Part shown: positions 1-13,381 of the stretch, piece after piece
Position numbering within the stretch: the first letter of the stretch is position 1
Layout of the letters: every line of letters starts with the position of its first letter
Source of the DNA: the human T2T-CHM13v2.0 reference genome, Homo sapiens
Length of the DNA: 64,000 nucleotides
Reading direction: 5' to 3' (one strand)
NCBI RefSeq assembly: GCF_009914755.1
Contig: NC_060942.1
Translations under genes and position numbers: made by a program
Notes under the pieces: model-generated
The model's input: the letters and a program-made list of their open reading frames with translations, nothing else
Databases searched by the model: none
Told to the model about the DNA's origin: nothing

Positions 1-971
1 AAACGCAATGACATAGCTGAAATTTACTAAATATACCACATGGTACCACAAGAGAGTTTCTCAAAAACTACAGAGGACATTCTATTTGTATAATACTTTT
101 AAAAATGTTACAAAGACACTCTGATGGCAACAGCACCCTCTGCTGACTCCTAGTAGTGCAACCATGGGAAGTAGAAATATATTTGAGTCCACCTTGGAAA
201 TCCTACTTTGTCATCTTTTTACTGGGGGGAAAATCACAAAAGGCCAATTATTCCTAACTCAGTTTCCCATTCTCCCTCATTTAACTTAACCTCTTATGCG
301 TTATAACAATCATATAACCATCAAGGGGTTTATTAACGTTAACACAAAATTGGCTTAAATGTTACTCCAGCAAGTCAACAGCCTACCCTGACCACACTTA
401 CAGTGCCAAAACTTTGGAAATACACTGACAGTCACACACACACACAAGAAGATACACTCTAAAAGCACATCATTTAAAAGGCAAAAATATACAGGAAGCA
501 TATTACAGGAAGCAGGACATACCCAGCTCTGGAGTCGCGCGGACCTGAGTGCAGACTGTGCCACCTACTAGCTTTACAGAACACAGACCTGACTCTCTAC
601 CACCTTCTGATTCCTCATCAATAACATGGGGAGGTGAAAGTACCCACAGCTCAGGCGTGCTGTGAAAAGGAAGTGAAATAACACGAAACATTTAGCAGAA
701 ACCTATAATGAGTGCTCAAAAATTTTCCCTATTATTATCGTATTCATCATTATTAAGGGCATATTTTAAGTATGAGGAATGCAAACATAAAAATTAATCA
801 ACGCTATGCTGTATTTGTTTGCAATAGTGAATGGCGAGCCCTCTTCTCTGAAGTTCTAGACAGTCCACTGAGACAGACCTAGCACCTAACAGGTCCTAAC
901 TCCTCAAGAATAGAGTGATGGGATAATTCTACATGCGTATGGATCCCAACATACAGAATTCTACATACATA

Positions 972-1259
972 TTTCTTTTTTTTTTTTTTTGAGACAGGGT
1001 CTTGCTCTGTTGCCCAGGCTGGAGTGCAGGGTCACAATCATGTCTCACTGAACCCTGGAACTCTCGATCCTCCCACCCTCAGCCTCTCAAGTAGCTGAGA
1101 CTACAGGTGCATGTAATCATGCCCAGCTAATTTTTGTATTTTTTTGTAGAGGCCGGGTTTCACCATGATGCCCAGGCTGGTCTGGAACTTCTGGGCTGAA
1201 GTGATCTGCCTGCCTCAGCCTTTCAAATTGCTAGGTACAAACATGAGCCACCACACCAC
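972..1259 (-). mobile_element. Old Alu (AluJ-like), followed by a short plus-strand Alu 5' fragment at about 1274-1317
   Basis: Poly-T then gagacagggtcttgctctgttgcccaggctggagtgcag...gagccaccacac; fragment ggccagggtgtggtggctcatgcttgtaatccc. Confidence 0.9.
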
Positions 1260-2329
1260 ATCACATAAAGGTAGGCCAGGGTGTGGTGGCTCATGCTTGT
1301 AATCCCGGCACTTTGAGATTCAGAATGTTAATATTCCCCTTGACGATTTTATGACCTGCGTATATACACATATATACACATATATATATATATGTGTATA
1401 TACACACACACATGTTGTATAAACATCAAGGGGTCTATTAACATTATACACAGAGAGAGAGAGAGAGAAAGAGAAAGAAAAATGATTTTTTAATGGCAAA
1501 TAATGTTATAAATGAATAAATTCTGTATAAAGACTGTACAGGAGTTCTCTGTACAATGTAAAATTATTTCAAAATAAACATTTTTAAAACTGAAAGTAAT
1601 ATAATTAGTGTCTTGGAAGCAATTTTTATAGAACAGTTGGTATTCTGCAAAAACTATGTCTTATAAGCCATCTCAGATGAGAAATGGCACAAGTTCCTGA
1701 TGTTTGCCTTGTAATGAGAGGATGACATAGACACTAAGTACCTAAACACAAATTTCATTTTTATTTGTGTAGCCAAGTAACCTACCCTAGGTACAAAAGT
1801 AGAAAGTACTCTGCCAGACGTTGAATTTGTGAGGCTTTTTATTTCCAGAGAGAAGTACACAGTCATGTACTTTAGAAGGGGAACTCTGATGCCCTTCCTC
1901 TGGGTTGTAAGAGAAAAGGAATCAAGGCAGTGGTGGAAGACCAGCAGTGGCAGCTCTGGAACAGCACAGTGGCCTAGGAAATAGGCCCCACCAGCCTCCT
2001 GGGGCCTCCCCAGGCCCTGGGAGGCGGGATGAGGGCAGGGCTTCCCACTCCTGGTGGAGAGGCTCAGGCCCTCGCTGTCGCCTTGCTTTGGTCCCACAAG
2101 AAGGGCCAGCCTGCAGCTCTGCTCTGCAGCATCCTGAAGCTGCATCTTTTCCTCTAGAGGCAACAGAGAACTGCAAGAGCTTTGACCAAAAAGATCCTGG
2201 CCAATGCGGCTGAGAATCCTTTAGCTAAAGAAACAGAAAGAGCTTTAAGATAACAGGCCCAGAAGAGTCTATCTAAGAGCCCCTCAACTGCATGGCCTTT
2301 GGGAGCCACCCATTCTCTTTGTGATATTT

Positions 2330-2780
2330 ATGTGCAAGCCTACTATGTGCCATGACAGTCCTGAACAAAATAAACCAAAATACTGCCCCATGGAAGTTAC
2401 TTCTCTTAAACATATAAACTACCTAAATAAGTAAACTCAGTGTGATAGACAGTGCTATGAAGAAAAATTGAGGCAGGCAGGTGAGAAATGGGGAGAGTGA
2501 GGGCTTCTAGGTGTAGCAAAGTGGGTAAAGCCTCACTGAGAAGCTGTCAGTGAATCAGGCTCAGAGAGACATGACCCCCAGGACCCACGCTAAGATCTGG
2601 GGCAGTAACACTGCAGGCAGGAGGGGCACACCAAGAATGTGAGGCCACAGAAAGCCTGATACAGTCAAGGAACAGAGAGGAACTCACTAAAGCTGCAGCG
2701 GAGCTAGAGTGGGGAGGACAGAAAAGGATAAGGCCAGAGAGGGGATGGCAGCAGTGTGGGCTGAGGTGGGGGAGGCAGAG
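2330..2780. mobile_element. LINE-2 3' fragment
   Basis: atttatgtgcaagcctactatgtgcc...gcctcactgagaagctgtcagtgaatcagg..tgtgaggcc..aaagcctg resembles the L2 3' end. Confidence 0.6.
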
Positions 2781-3099
2781 TGGGGACACACAGGGCTCTG
2801 TAACGGTTCACAAGGTTTAAAGGGGAAGGAGAGCTCTGAGGAGCAGCTGTGGCTGGGACCAGGCAGCCATCTCACCTCATCTCTGTGGAAATCGCATCTT
2901 GTTCCCCCATTTCCCAGGCCAGCTGCCCACAGTGGTGGCACCAGGTCAGGCTAGATGCCGAATTCAACACTCCATGAGGGCTGCAGCCATGGAGAGCAGA
3001 GACTCAGTTCTCCGCTAATACTGGCATAGAAGGCACAGCGTTTGTACCCTTGGTGTGCACTAGGGCACACTGGGGGCACCCTCAACAATGTACACAGTG

Positions 3100-4540
3100 T
3101 GTACTTAGTCAAAGGGATATCATAGTCTCCAGTGTTCATGAATATAACAGAGCTTCAAAATACACATGGCAAAAACTGATAAAACAGCAAAAAAGTACAC
3201 AAATTCACTGTCAGAGTTGGAGATCTCAACACCTCTCTCTAACTGATAAAACAAGTAGGCAAAAAATATCAACTCTCTCAACCGGTATTACCTAATTAAT
3301 ATTTTCGAACACTCTACTCAACAACAGCAGAACACATTCTTCTCAAGTACACATGGAACATATACCAAAATAGATCATATTCTGGAACATACAACAAATT
3401 TCAGTCACTTTTTAAAAATTCAAGTAATACAAAGCATATTTCCTGACCACAATTGAGTTAAATTAGAACTCAGTAACAGAAAGATCTCTAGAAAATCCTC
3501 AGATATTTGGAAACTATATTACACACTTCTATCTAACCCATATATCAAAGAAGAAATAAAAAGGAAATTAGAAAGTATTTTAAAGTGAATGAAAATGAAA
3601 TAAAACATATCAGATTTTGTGGGATGCCACTAAAGCAATACTTAGGTGGAAGTTCATAGCACCAAATGTCTCAATATGATAAAATGAAAGTTCTCAAATC
3701 AATAATTTCCACTTCTCCCTTTAGAAACTAGAAAAACAGAAAATTACAACATAAGCAGAAAAAAAGTAGAAAGAATAGAAATCAACATGCAAATCAATGA
3801 AATACAAAACAAAATAATACAGAAAAAAAGGCAATAAAACCAAAAGTTAGGTATCTGAGAAGATGAATAAAATTGATAAACTTCCAGCCACACTGATCAG
3901 GAAAAAAAAGAAATACAGAAATACATGAATTACCAATATCAGGAATCACATCATGTCACTAGATTCTATAGACATGAAAAAGATAATAAGGGACTATTAC
4001 GAAGAACTTTATGCCAATAAAGTCAGCAACTTAGATAAAATGGACAAATTCCTTAAAAGACAAAAAATACCACAGCTGACTCAAGAAGAAATGGATAACC
4101 TAAATAGCTCCATCTCTTTGAAAGAAAAGGAAACTGTAGTTAAAAGTCTTCTCATAAAGAAAGGTCCAGGCTTGGATGAATTCTACCAAACAAGGAAGAA
4201 ATACTACCAATTCTATGCAAAATCCTCCAAAAAATCCAAGAGGAAAGAATACTTCCCAATTCATTCTATGAGACCAAAACCTCACAAAGAAATCACAAAA
4301 CAGCTGGAAGATAAAACGAAAGAGAAGTAACAAGAATTAAATACTTCATAAATATCTTAACAAGAAATGTGCAAAACTAGCATGAAGAAAATTCTGAAAC
4401 ACTCCTCAAAGACATAAAAGTATTTTTAAACAAACTGAAAGATGTTCCACATTCTTGGATGGAACAATTCAACAACATAGATGTTACTATACCTCAGGTT
4501 AATATGTGGAATTGAATAATTCTGATAAAAATGCCAACAA
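3100..4540 (+). mobile_element. Degenerate LINE-1 ORF2 segment (old L1M type), antisense to FBXO15
   Basis: A-rich; cattcttctcaagtacacatggaaca..atagatcatattctgg (endonuclease region); ORF 3953..4330 reads IIRDYYEELYANKVSNLDKMDKFL..LTQEEMDNLN, typical of L1 ORF2p. Confidence 0.9.
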
Positions 4541-4809
4541 ACGCGAGAAAACCTAGCAATCTTCCTGAGCCAAAAAGCAAGGAAGACTCAAAGACAAAGA
4601 GGATATCTACAGGACACAGAAGCAGCCCAAAGCAGATCCCACCGACCAAGTAACTTCAAAAAGAAATGTCTATAACTGACTATAAATTATTAAATAAATA
4701 AATATCCAAGAGTCCAAAGTGACATTAAACAAGGGTGGGGGCGAGGAGGAAAGAAGAAGAGCTCACATTTCTTCCACCACAGGAGATGACTAGTGCCTCA
4801 GTGAAACCA

Positions 4810-5322
4810 TGCTCCAGAGTTAAAGAAGCTAATGACTAACAGAAATGCTTGAGTTTGCAAGATGGCAGATAAGAAAAGAGGCAACTTACTAAAATAATAA
4901 AACGCCCTCCACTTGTAAGATAAAACTGGCTGAAATCAGTCGGAACCAATATGGCCAACTGGAGTTTTCACAGATGGAGTTTTCTGACATCACAGCCTGA
5001 ATTCCCACCACATGTTTCATATTAACTCCTCCTGAATTTGCAAGTGACCTACGAGGGCATGAAGAGGTAACTGCGCCATGCCTGAGGACTTTCCAGACCT
5101 CCCTTTCCTTCCACCGATCACCTACTAATCCCAGAATCCACTCCCTACACCTTTTCTAATAAAATTACTGCATTAAAGCCAGCATGAGGAGACAGATTTG
5201 AGCTGGACTCCTGTCTCCTTATCAGTGGGCCAGCCATAAAAAGCTTTTCCTTTCTCAAAAACCTGCTGTCACAGTATTGGGTTCCAGCACATTAGGCAGC
5301 AAGCCCCTTGTGCTCTGTAACA
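4810..5322 (+). mobile_element. Solo ERV LTR (LTR47-like; subfamily and 5' boundary uncertain)
   Basis: ggagacagatttgagctggactcctgtctcc, variant poly(A) signal cataaaaagcttttcctttctcaaaaacc, terminal ..gtaaCA. Confidence 0.65.
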
Positions 5323-6333
5323 TCAATTTCTTCATCTGAAAATTGGCAGTTAAAAGGAAAGAATTAAGCATTTGCTCTGCCTTTATAGAAGTTCACCCAG
5401 GTGATAAGAGAAAGTTCTTTACAAAATCTCAGTTGATAAATATAGAAATAGTGACATAATTAGAAAATCAACATTTTTAAACAAAATATTTGATTTAGGC
5501 ACATATCATTAATGAGTGTCAAGTCCACTAGATGAAAGACTTTGGAGGACCAGGATATTTGGAAAAGAATACTTTTAATAATGAAGATATCTAGTGGTCA
5601 CCATCTTAACCAGATGATAAAACCAGGCATTACTAATAATGGGACAACCTGACATTATATACCTCTCAATATAATGCAAAATGAAGTACATAACTTCCCT
5701 TTTAAAATATTTTTACCAGAAATGTTAAACTTGAATCTAAGCAAGTCCTTACATGAAACTCCAAGTTTACAGGCTACAGTAGAATGAAACCAAAAGGAAA
5801 TAATCAGATAAGTGAGAATGGGGCATTCTCCACTCCCTCGTTTTTCCTGCTTGGCGTAAGCTCCCTCCTTTCCTCTGTCTGCCCCAGCCTCTGTCCTGGC
5901 TTTGGTAGGTGTGGCAAACAGTGATGCAGTACGTAGAGGAGAAAGGCTGGTTTCTCTTTACTCTCATCCTGGAGCGGCACGGGCCCTGCTGGCAAATTTA
6001 CCACATTCCTTTAAGAAAGAAGGGAAGAAGTCTGGGGAAAGCAGAGAGCATGGAAAAATAATAAGGAAGCATCAGTAGAGAAGATGAGTAGGGGCTACCC
6101 CCAGAAGGTGGCATTGAGAGTGATGGTGGTGAAGGAGACAGAGCCAGTTCTGAAGAGACTCGGTCCAGTGAGGACTTTCACAAGCCCTGGGATGACACAC
6201 GGGTCTGGGAGGATACTGGTGCCAAAAGATTATAAAGTGACCAGTGAGGGCAATTCTTAACTCGGACATCAAAATTGGTTCCCTCACCTCAACCTTTAAT
6301 TTCATAATGAAATAAAAACTCAATCAATTTCAC

Positions 6334-6476
6334 CTCTCTTGGTGAAGAGATTGCGAAATGTACCACATAGGTAGAAAACCCCACCGCTGTGCAGATCAAC
6401 ATGGAGTTGGTAGCCGTGCAGTCCATACTCGGGGCTATCATCCAAAAAGGGGCTATGTGGAGGCAGTTCATAGGGG
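6334..6476 (-). CDS. FBXO15: FBXO15 coding exon 8 (143 nt; PYELPPHSPFLDDSPEYGLHGYQLHVDLHSGGVFYLCGTFRNLFTKR); gene continues beyond the left edge
   Basis: Acceptor ttttgcttttcag|, donor AG|gtgaaa; lies within ORF 6320..6517; no further exon recognised in 1-6333. Confidence 0.94.
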
Positions 6477-7454
6477 CTGAAAAGCAAAACAAAAGAAACA
6501 TACAAATTTGTCAACACCAGGGATAAAATTCTTGGTTTGAAAATACTTTTTAAAAAATTACCATCTGTATCAAAGCACTACCTCCTACAAATGAAACTCC
6601 ATAGGATTCCCTATAATCTTCAATACTGTGAACTTAAAAGACTGCTCAATGTTACTTTTACCAACTTCTATAAAAACAGGCAATGATGTGAGTTCTGTAG
6701 GCAGCCACCGCCCAGCACGGGTGCACATGTTTCTGCAGCTGATCCCAGCATGGCCACTCTATAAAAGCCACTCTGCCCTCCGTGTTGTTCTCAGTGTCCA
6801 GGGGACAAAAGTGCTCAGCAGGAAAAGGCACTGAATACCGATCTGCAGGACAAACACCCAGGCAGACCCAAAGCCAAGACAAAGTTTTATTCAACAAGAA
6901 AAACATGACTACGTAAGGTGACAAACTCAAAAATACTCAGGAGCTTCTCAGGTAATTAAAAAAAAAAAAAATGAGTAAGGGAGTCTAAGTCCACAGGAAA
7001 AGGGTGAGAGCTGTAGTGAAATGGGAAGCCTGTGCGCCACCTAAAGACGCGCAAATTCATTAAAAGACACACACTGTCCAGACCGGACAGAATCATCCGC
7101 AGGCCAGGTTCAGCCCAAGGGCCATGAGTCTACATGCCTTACAAGATGTGAAAATTCACATAAGAGCAAGAACTTGAAGGACAGTAGTGGCATCTTGAAG
7201 TAATCAAGCTATCCTACCCATACAAATAACAACCTACTAGGTACAAATTCCTTGACCCAGAATAAATAAAGCAAATATGTACTCGTGAATAATCCAATTA
7301 TTTTAGCGACAGCTAATTGTGCCTGTTGGTTTGTGTTTACTGATTAAAAACAGAATATCTCTGCAGCTATTCTCAGGATATTAAGATGGCATCAACTTCT
7401 AATACTTTATATTTACTGTACAAAAATTCAACACACCCACATATAAATACATAC

Positions 7455-7537
7455 ATAGTAGCCGAGCCTAATGTGCTCCTCTCCACAAGGTGATGAAAAT
7501 GAAGATTTGCCATAACAAAAGCCAGTTCTTCCTCCTT
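7455..7537 (-). CDS. FBXO15: FBXO15 coding exon 7 (83 nt; KEEELAFVMANLHFHHLVERSTLGSAT)
   Basis: Acceptor ttaacttttcag|, donor AT|gtatgt; lies within ORF 7373..7564. Confidence 0.94.
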
Positions 7538-8940
7538 CTGAAAAGTTAATTGAGAAGAATACATATTTCAACCAAAATGCTTACATTTTTCACAAGATCA
7601 TTGTGAAGATCACAGCACATTCATCTTGCAGATAGAGGCACTTTCTTACAAACATAAGATCACCACAGTGCTAATGCATTATTACTGCTAATATGTTACT
7701 ACTATCTAATAAGACTTATATTTCATATTGACAGCAGGACCACAATTCACCCAAATATGCAGAGCACACAGGACCAAAAGAACTCACAGCCTAGAGCTTG
7801 TGAAATATCAAAAGATATATATGATAGTTGTGAAACTATGCAGTTAGTTCCAGGCTGTTTCAAATTCCTTTCAAAGACTTTCACAGATACCAGATTAATT
7901 CTACAAATACTGAACTTTACTGACACAATGTTCCTCTTGCAAGTAACTGCTTGATTTGGCCAACGTGGTGGGAATGATTAGATTCAACTTCTTCACTTGT
8001 CCATGAGGTTGAATAGCAGAAAATGCGACTATTTGGGGACTGACCTCCATTTCTCCCCAGATTCACAGCTGACACTGATGGGCATAGGTGACCCCCAAAT
8101 GGTAAATTTGAAGGTGCCACTCTCCAGTAGCCAGGCAGAGGACAATCGAAGCCACCAGAGTGCTCACAACTCTGCAACCAACAAAGCTGGATGCATGCGA
8201 GTCACCGAATGCAGAGCAGGCAAGCTGCGGTCTCGCCCACAAGCCACCTTCACACAGAAAGGGGAGGAGGGAAAGAAAAAGTGACGGCCACAGTTGGCTA
8301 AGGAAAAGGGATGAGGATGGTGTTGTCTGAAGCTAGGGTCTTAATCCCGTCTAGTCATTGTAAACTAATGCATAACGCCAACTCAGAAACAGATTTGTGA
8401 ACTACTATCTTAAAATATCAGCCAGACCTGGTGAAACGAGAAATCTTATGCAGAGAGAAAGGATAACATCGTAGACAGCTGACCCTGAAGAGCAGATTTC
8501 ACTCAATGCCGCACCTACAGGATCAGAAACAGGCTTGGGAGACAAGCGTGCTGAACACATAGTAAGGGAAATGTTGTCAGAGAAAGAGCATGAAAGGAAG
8601 AGAAGAAGGAACGTGGACTGATTGGAAGTGGGAAAGCCACATGACATGAAAGGAATAACATGAAGGAAAACATGAAGGCAGGAAGAGGTTGTTGTCTATG
8701 ATAGCAGAACAGCAGAACAACAGATAGCAGAGTTGTCTATCATAGCAGAACAGCACAGCAGCCTCGGTGGAACAGAGAGGGCCATGTTAGCTTGAAAAAA
8801 TGAAGTTGGTGAGATGGTAAAATGGATTGCAGTTAGTGAAAAGCTTAAAGGATTTTACATTTGAAGTCATACATAATGGTAAGTAAATGTGGTATTGTGA
8901 TGGGGAAATGACACAGTACATACAGGGACTCAAGTCTTAC

Positions 8941-9067
8941 CTTCCACACTCCCACCAGGAGGCCAGGGTGCAGGCAGAAGATCCGAATGAGTCTGTCACA
9001 GCCAATCATGGTAGATATGGTCAAATGACTCAGATTGTACTTTGCAATTAAAGAATGCCATCGGAGT
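8941..9067 (-). CDS. FBXO15: FBXO15 coding exon 6 (127 nt; LRWHSLIAKYNL...GLLVGVWK)
   Basis: Acceptor ...cataacgttcaaag| (AAG, with a displaced pyrimidine tract), donor AAG|gtaaga; lies within ORF 8845..9168. Confidence 0.93.
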
Positions 9068-11754
9068 CTTTGAACGTTATGCCAAGGAAAGGAGAGAGAG
9101 AAGTGAGCTTTCCTGTCCATAGTGTTGTCAATTCTCTTTAGTGTATCACAAATGTGTTTGAAGAGCATGTTAATGATGTGCTCAAACTAAGTGGCATGTT
9201 GGCAGGGTGAGGACACAAATGAATAAAAGGCAAAATGGATACATTCAGATTTCCAAGCCAACTAGGTATTTCTTCCCCTCCGTCTTGCTCTTACTGTCAA
9301 CTCAATGACCCAGCCGGGAGGAAGTTGAAGGACCAGGAAAGTGATGAAGTGGCAGCATTGTCTCCTGTTCTATTCCCTCCAAATCCAGCACAATACAATC
9401 TAAAGTAGACTCTCAATGTGTATTCCTAGTCAAGTGAGTAAAACAACACAGAAGCAAAGATACACTATTTCAAGTGACATAAGAACGGGTGGTCTCAGGA
9501 GATGGCTGGAAAGCAGATGGGCCTTTCACAGTTATCATCAAGGATAACTCAGAGATAGTGAAAGTTGACACATCAGAAATAAACTTAAACTAAATCACCA
9601 GTGTTTTCATAAAGGAGACACTAACACAGCATTAGACTGAAATCCCTGAGGAGCTGGGGCCACATCTCATTCAACAGTTGGTGCCCAGCACCTCAGGCAC
9701 AAGCCAGCAGGCAATAGGAATTCAAAGGTACATTAAATAAATAAGTTAAAAAGGACACCAGCTGCAGTCCAGCTTCAAAGTGGAAGGGACTGTGAAGCAT
9801 CAAAACCAGATCCGCAGCTGCCACATGACCCTAGTCCCATGTTCAGCTCTTCAAAATAACTTCTTGTGCAGAGAACAACAACTGGGTAAGGAGAGACGGT
9901 CGGTGAACGTGTGTGATGTAGAAATTAGAAATAAACCCAGCATATGCAGAATACACTTGGAGGAGGATAAATGCAGGGTCAGGAACCTCACTGTGGAGTC
10001 AGAGAAACCTGAGGTAAAACCTTAGCTTCAACCTACAGTGACTTTGCGACTATCACAGGCTGGTTCTTTGTGTATGAAATCACCAGCCTGCTGAGTGGGG
10101 ACAAGAGCACACGGCATGGGGCAGGTGCTCAATAAATCGCAGTCCCTGCTAGTATCATTAATGTGGATAGAGGAGGCTGGGTGGGGATGTGAGAAACCTT
10201 CTTCTCTGAAAATCTGGCTGTAGAGGTACTTATTAAATAGACTCTGGGAATGTGCTGAGTCCTCATGTGCTTGGCCTTACAGCCACAGACACAGAAACTA
10301 AGGCTGACGTTTCCCCAGCAGTTCTCACAAATTTAGGGTGGGACAGCACAAGCTGCAGAGCAGAAAGTGCTGGCAAGGAAGAAAATTTGGAGTCTGACTA
10401 GAAAGGTATAAATTACAGGGAAATCCAGATTACATCAATGAGGCTTTCACTGTTGTTGAAAAACTTCTCATAGAGGAAACAAAAAAGACCCAAATAAAAA
10501 TCACAAAGGCTCTTTTTGGCTGTCACACAGATGCGTACAAGGATTTATATTCCTGCACAATGAAAGCATTCACTTACAAACTTGCAATAAAAGTGCCGAT
10601 CAAAACAAATCCTAAAAAACACTTTTAGTTTTGTTTATCACAGTTGATCAAAGGCTGGCTGGAGTCCATGGAAGTTTCACAGAAATAAATTACATCAAAT
10701 GAATTTTCCCAATGAATTCTAGCATTGGGCACTATGTAGTATCTATTACTTCTGACCTTGATGACCATTTCAGGGAAATACTGTCTTTAACTGAGCTTTA
10801 TAATTCAACATTATCCATTTAACTTAATTCTTCAGGATCATTTGAATTAATGTTAGCCAGTTTGTCCTAATATCTGTAAGTAACATTTCATGATATGCCA
10901 AGTAACATATTGTTTAGCAAAACTAGTACAGTTTGTGGACTTGTTCTCCAAACGTAATTTTGAAATGCATAAAGCCTAATTACTACATTAGAAAAAGCTG
11001 GCTTCCTTCATGATCCCGTATGAAATTTCAAAGATTTATCCAAATAAAAGTACCATTTTTTAAAAGGTAACTGTTTCCAAAGTATCTTCAGTAATATATT
11101 TAGGAAAAATAATTCATTTTTCATCATAACATTAAGAATATTTTTAGAGTACAATAAAACCTGGATTTGCCAGCACCAAGAGGTCTGAATAGTCTTACAT
11201 TCAGAGCATGGGAAGAGAGCTCAGTAATCACTAAAACAATGCTCAAAGAGCAGGCGCCATGGAGAGGAGCCAAAAACAAGGTCCCCAGTTACAGAGCTGC
11301 AAAAAAAAAAAAAAGTGTCTGTATCCAGGGAAACCATGAAAGAACCCTGTCCCTCCATAGAGATGGCAGGCACTAATGTCAGATATCACAGTATCCTCCA
11401 TAGCAAGGACAGACAGGAGAGAAACCAATGGGTGGAACTGCAGCACGCAAGGATGGTAAGAAAACGACATGGTAAATACTCCTGAAAAGTCAAAGAATAC
11501 TGAGACAGTGAAGGAGATGGGAGGGCAGGAAACCAACGCAGGAGAAGGCAGGTATTACCTTTATATTTGCAATATATCTTATATAAAGCTATGTTAGCTT
11601 GCTCCAGAGATGAGGATGCTATGCATGCCATAATCCAGCTTTTAGGAGGAAGCAATCAATGATGAAAAAGACAGCCCGAGAGAGCTGCTCAGAAAGGCAG
11701 AATGCCAGCCTCATAGTGAGTATGGACTCAGTGCAAAGCCACCTGACAACAGAA

Positions 11755-11960
11755 TAGTAAAGGGCTCACTAAGCATTACCCATGTGCTGCACACTTAGCT
11801 GATCTACGCATTTTATAGTGATATCTTTTGATCGATCTTATTCATTGCAGTCATATATGCTAAATACTATGCCAGTATAACGATCATTCCATTTCATAGA
11901 GGAGAGAATGGAGACACAGAAAGAGTAAGTTACTTGCACAAGATCACATATCTAGTAAGT
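11755..11960. mobile_element. MIR SINE
   Basis: ccatttcatagaggagagaatggagacacagaaagagtaagttacttgcacaagatcacatatctagtaagt is the MIR core. Confidence 0.8.
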
Positions 11961-12370
11961 TCAACAGAAGGCAGACAAAATAACTCATAATTATGACTTG
12001 GTTTCCTCATATTTAGACTATGATTAGTATACCATTTACTAAAGAAGGAAGATAACATATATCTTTCTGTTAAGATGGTTAAAATGAAAAACCTCAAAGG
12101 TTAGCCATCAATCATCCAGGAAATTTTGTTAACTAGAACATCATTCTTTACCATTAAAGACAACCCCAAGATACGAGGAAGTTAAATTTAGACCTAATCA
12201 GAAATGTGATAAAATGCACTCTTTTCCTCTTCTGCATTAATGCAGAATGTACATTTAATATGTGATAAAATTAAAAAACGCTGCTCTTATTTTTTAATTA
12301 CAAAAGTAATGCCAACTAATATTTACATATAAGATGCTCTCACTCAACAGTTCTGCTGATTGGTACTTAC

Positions 12371-12580
12371 CTATGTTTGGTGGGAGTTTTATACCAGTCG
12401 GTAAAAACTGGTGTCATGCCACATAAATCTAAGGTTGACAATGATGCTAGGCATGGCCATTTTTTGCCATACCATATAACAGTAACTGATGTGTCATTTA
12501 TGGAAAGATCAACATGCTCCATGATATATTCTTTTCCACCTTTTTCTTTCAGTATAATTGCCCAACCTAAACCAAATATT
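12371..12580 (-). CDS. FBXO15: FBXO15 coding exon 5 (210 nt; IFGLGWAIILKEK...YKTPTKHR)
   Basis: Acceptor tttctttctccag|, donor AG|gtaagt; lies within ORF 12367..12693. Confidence 0.95.
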
Positions 12581-12919
12581 CTGGAGAAAGAAAAAAAAAC
12601 TAACAATGTTTGCCTCATTGAAAAAAAAAAAATGCTAAAGGCAATTTCATGTATCTTCTCTAAAGCATCTAGTTCCTTAAAAGCCAAAGTCAAAATTCTC
12701 AGAATGTGCCCAGTATAATTTTCACTTCAACAATAGTACTCTCTTTAGACTTTTTCTCCTCACCTAACACCCACTGAACATCCATGATTTTCCAGGTACT
12801 GGCAATATATAAATAAGACAAAGGTTCTGCCCAGAAAAGAGACCTTGAACATTCTTATTGTACTATAGCAGATAAGTAGGTTACTTCTGCTTTTCATTAA
12901 AACTTTAGGCTACTTACTA

Positions 12920-13230
12920 GTTATCCCTCTGTCTCCGCAAGAAATTGGTTCTAGGAACCCCATGATACCAAAATCTGTGGACGTTCAAGTCCCTTATATA
13001 AATGGCATAGTATGTGCATATAACCTATGCACCTCCTCCCGTATTCTTTAAATCATCTTGAGATTACTTATAATACCTAATACAATGTAAATGCTGTGCA
13101 AACTGTTGTTATTATGTATAATGTACTGGTTTTATTTGTATTCTTTTTTATACTGTTATTATTGTTTCAAGTTCCCCCCCACTAATATTTCTGATCTGCA
13201 GTTGGTTGAATCAGCAGATGCAGAAGGCTA
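12920..13230. mobile_element. MER2 (TcMar-Tigger) non-autonomous DNA transposon in FBXO15 intron 4
   Basis: ataccaaaatctgtggacgttcaagtcccttatataaatggcatagta..cataacctatgcac..; end gatctgcagttggttgaatc..gatgcaga. Confidence 0.85.
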
Positions 13231-13381
13231 TGCGGAATAGGAAAATGATACATATTTTATAGATGCACAAAACACACAAAAATACTAGAGACAGTCCCAC
13301 ACAATCTAAACTGCACATACGTCCTACGTACACGATACTTTGAGCTGATGCCATCATTCTCTTTTGGAACACACTGCGTAC

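Noticed and set aside
1654-2213. Overlapping ORFs of up to 169 aa in FBXO15 intron 8 as a missing exon or nested gene
   Set aside because: No resemblance to the expected FBXO15 C-terminus, no recognisable domain and no convincing splice-site pair; a GC-richer patch explains the ORF length.
3953-4330. 125-aa ORF as a novel gene
   Set aside because: It is a frameshifted LINE-1 ORF2p fragment.
7455-12580. Exon 5 (210 nt) equal in length to exons 6+7 (210 nt), suggesting an internal duplication
   Set aside because: I see no amino-acid similarity between the two segments; treated as coincidence.
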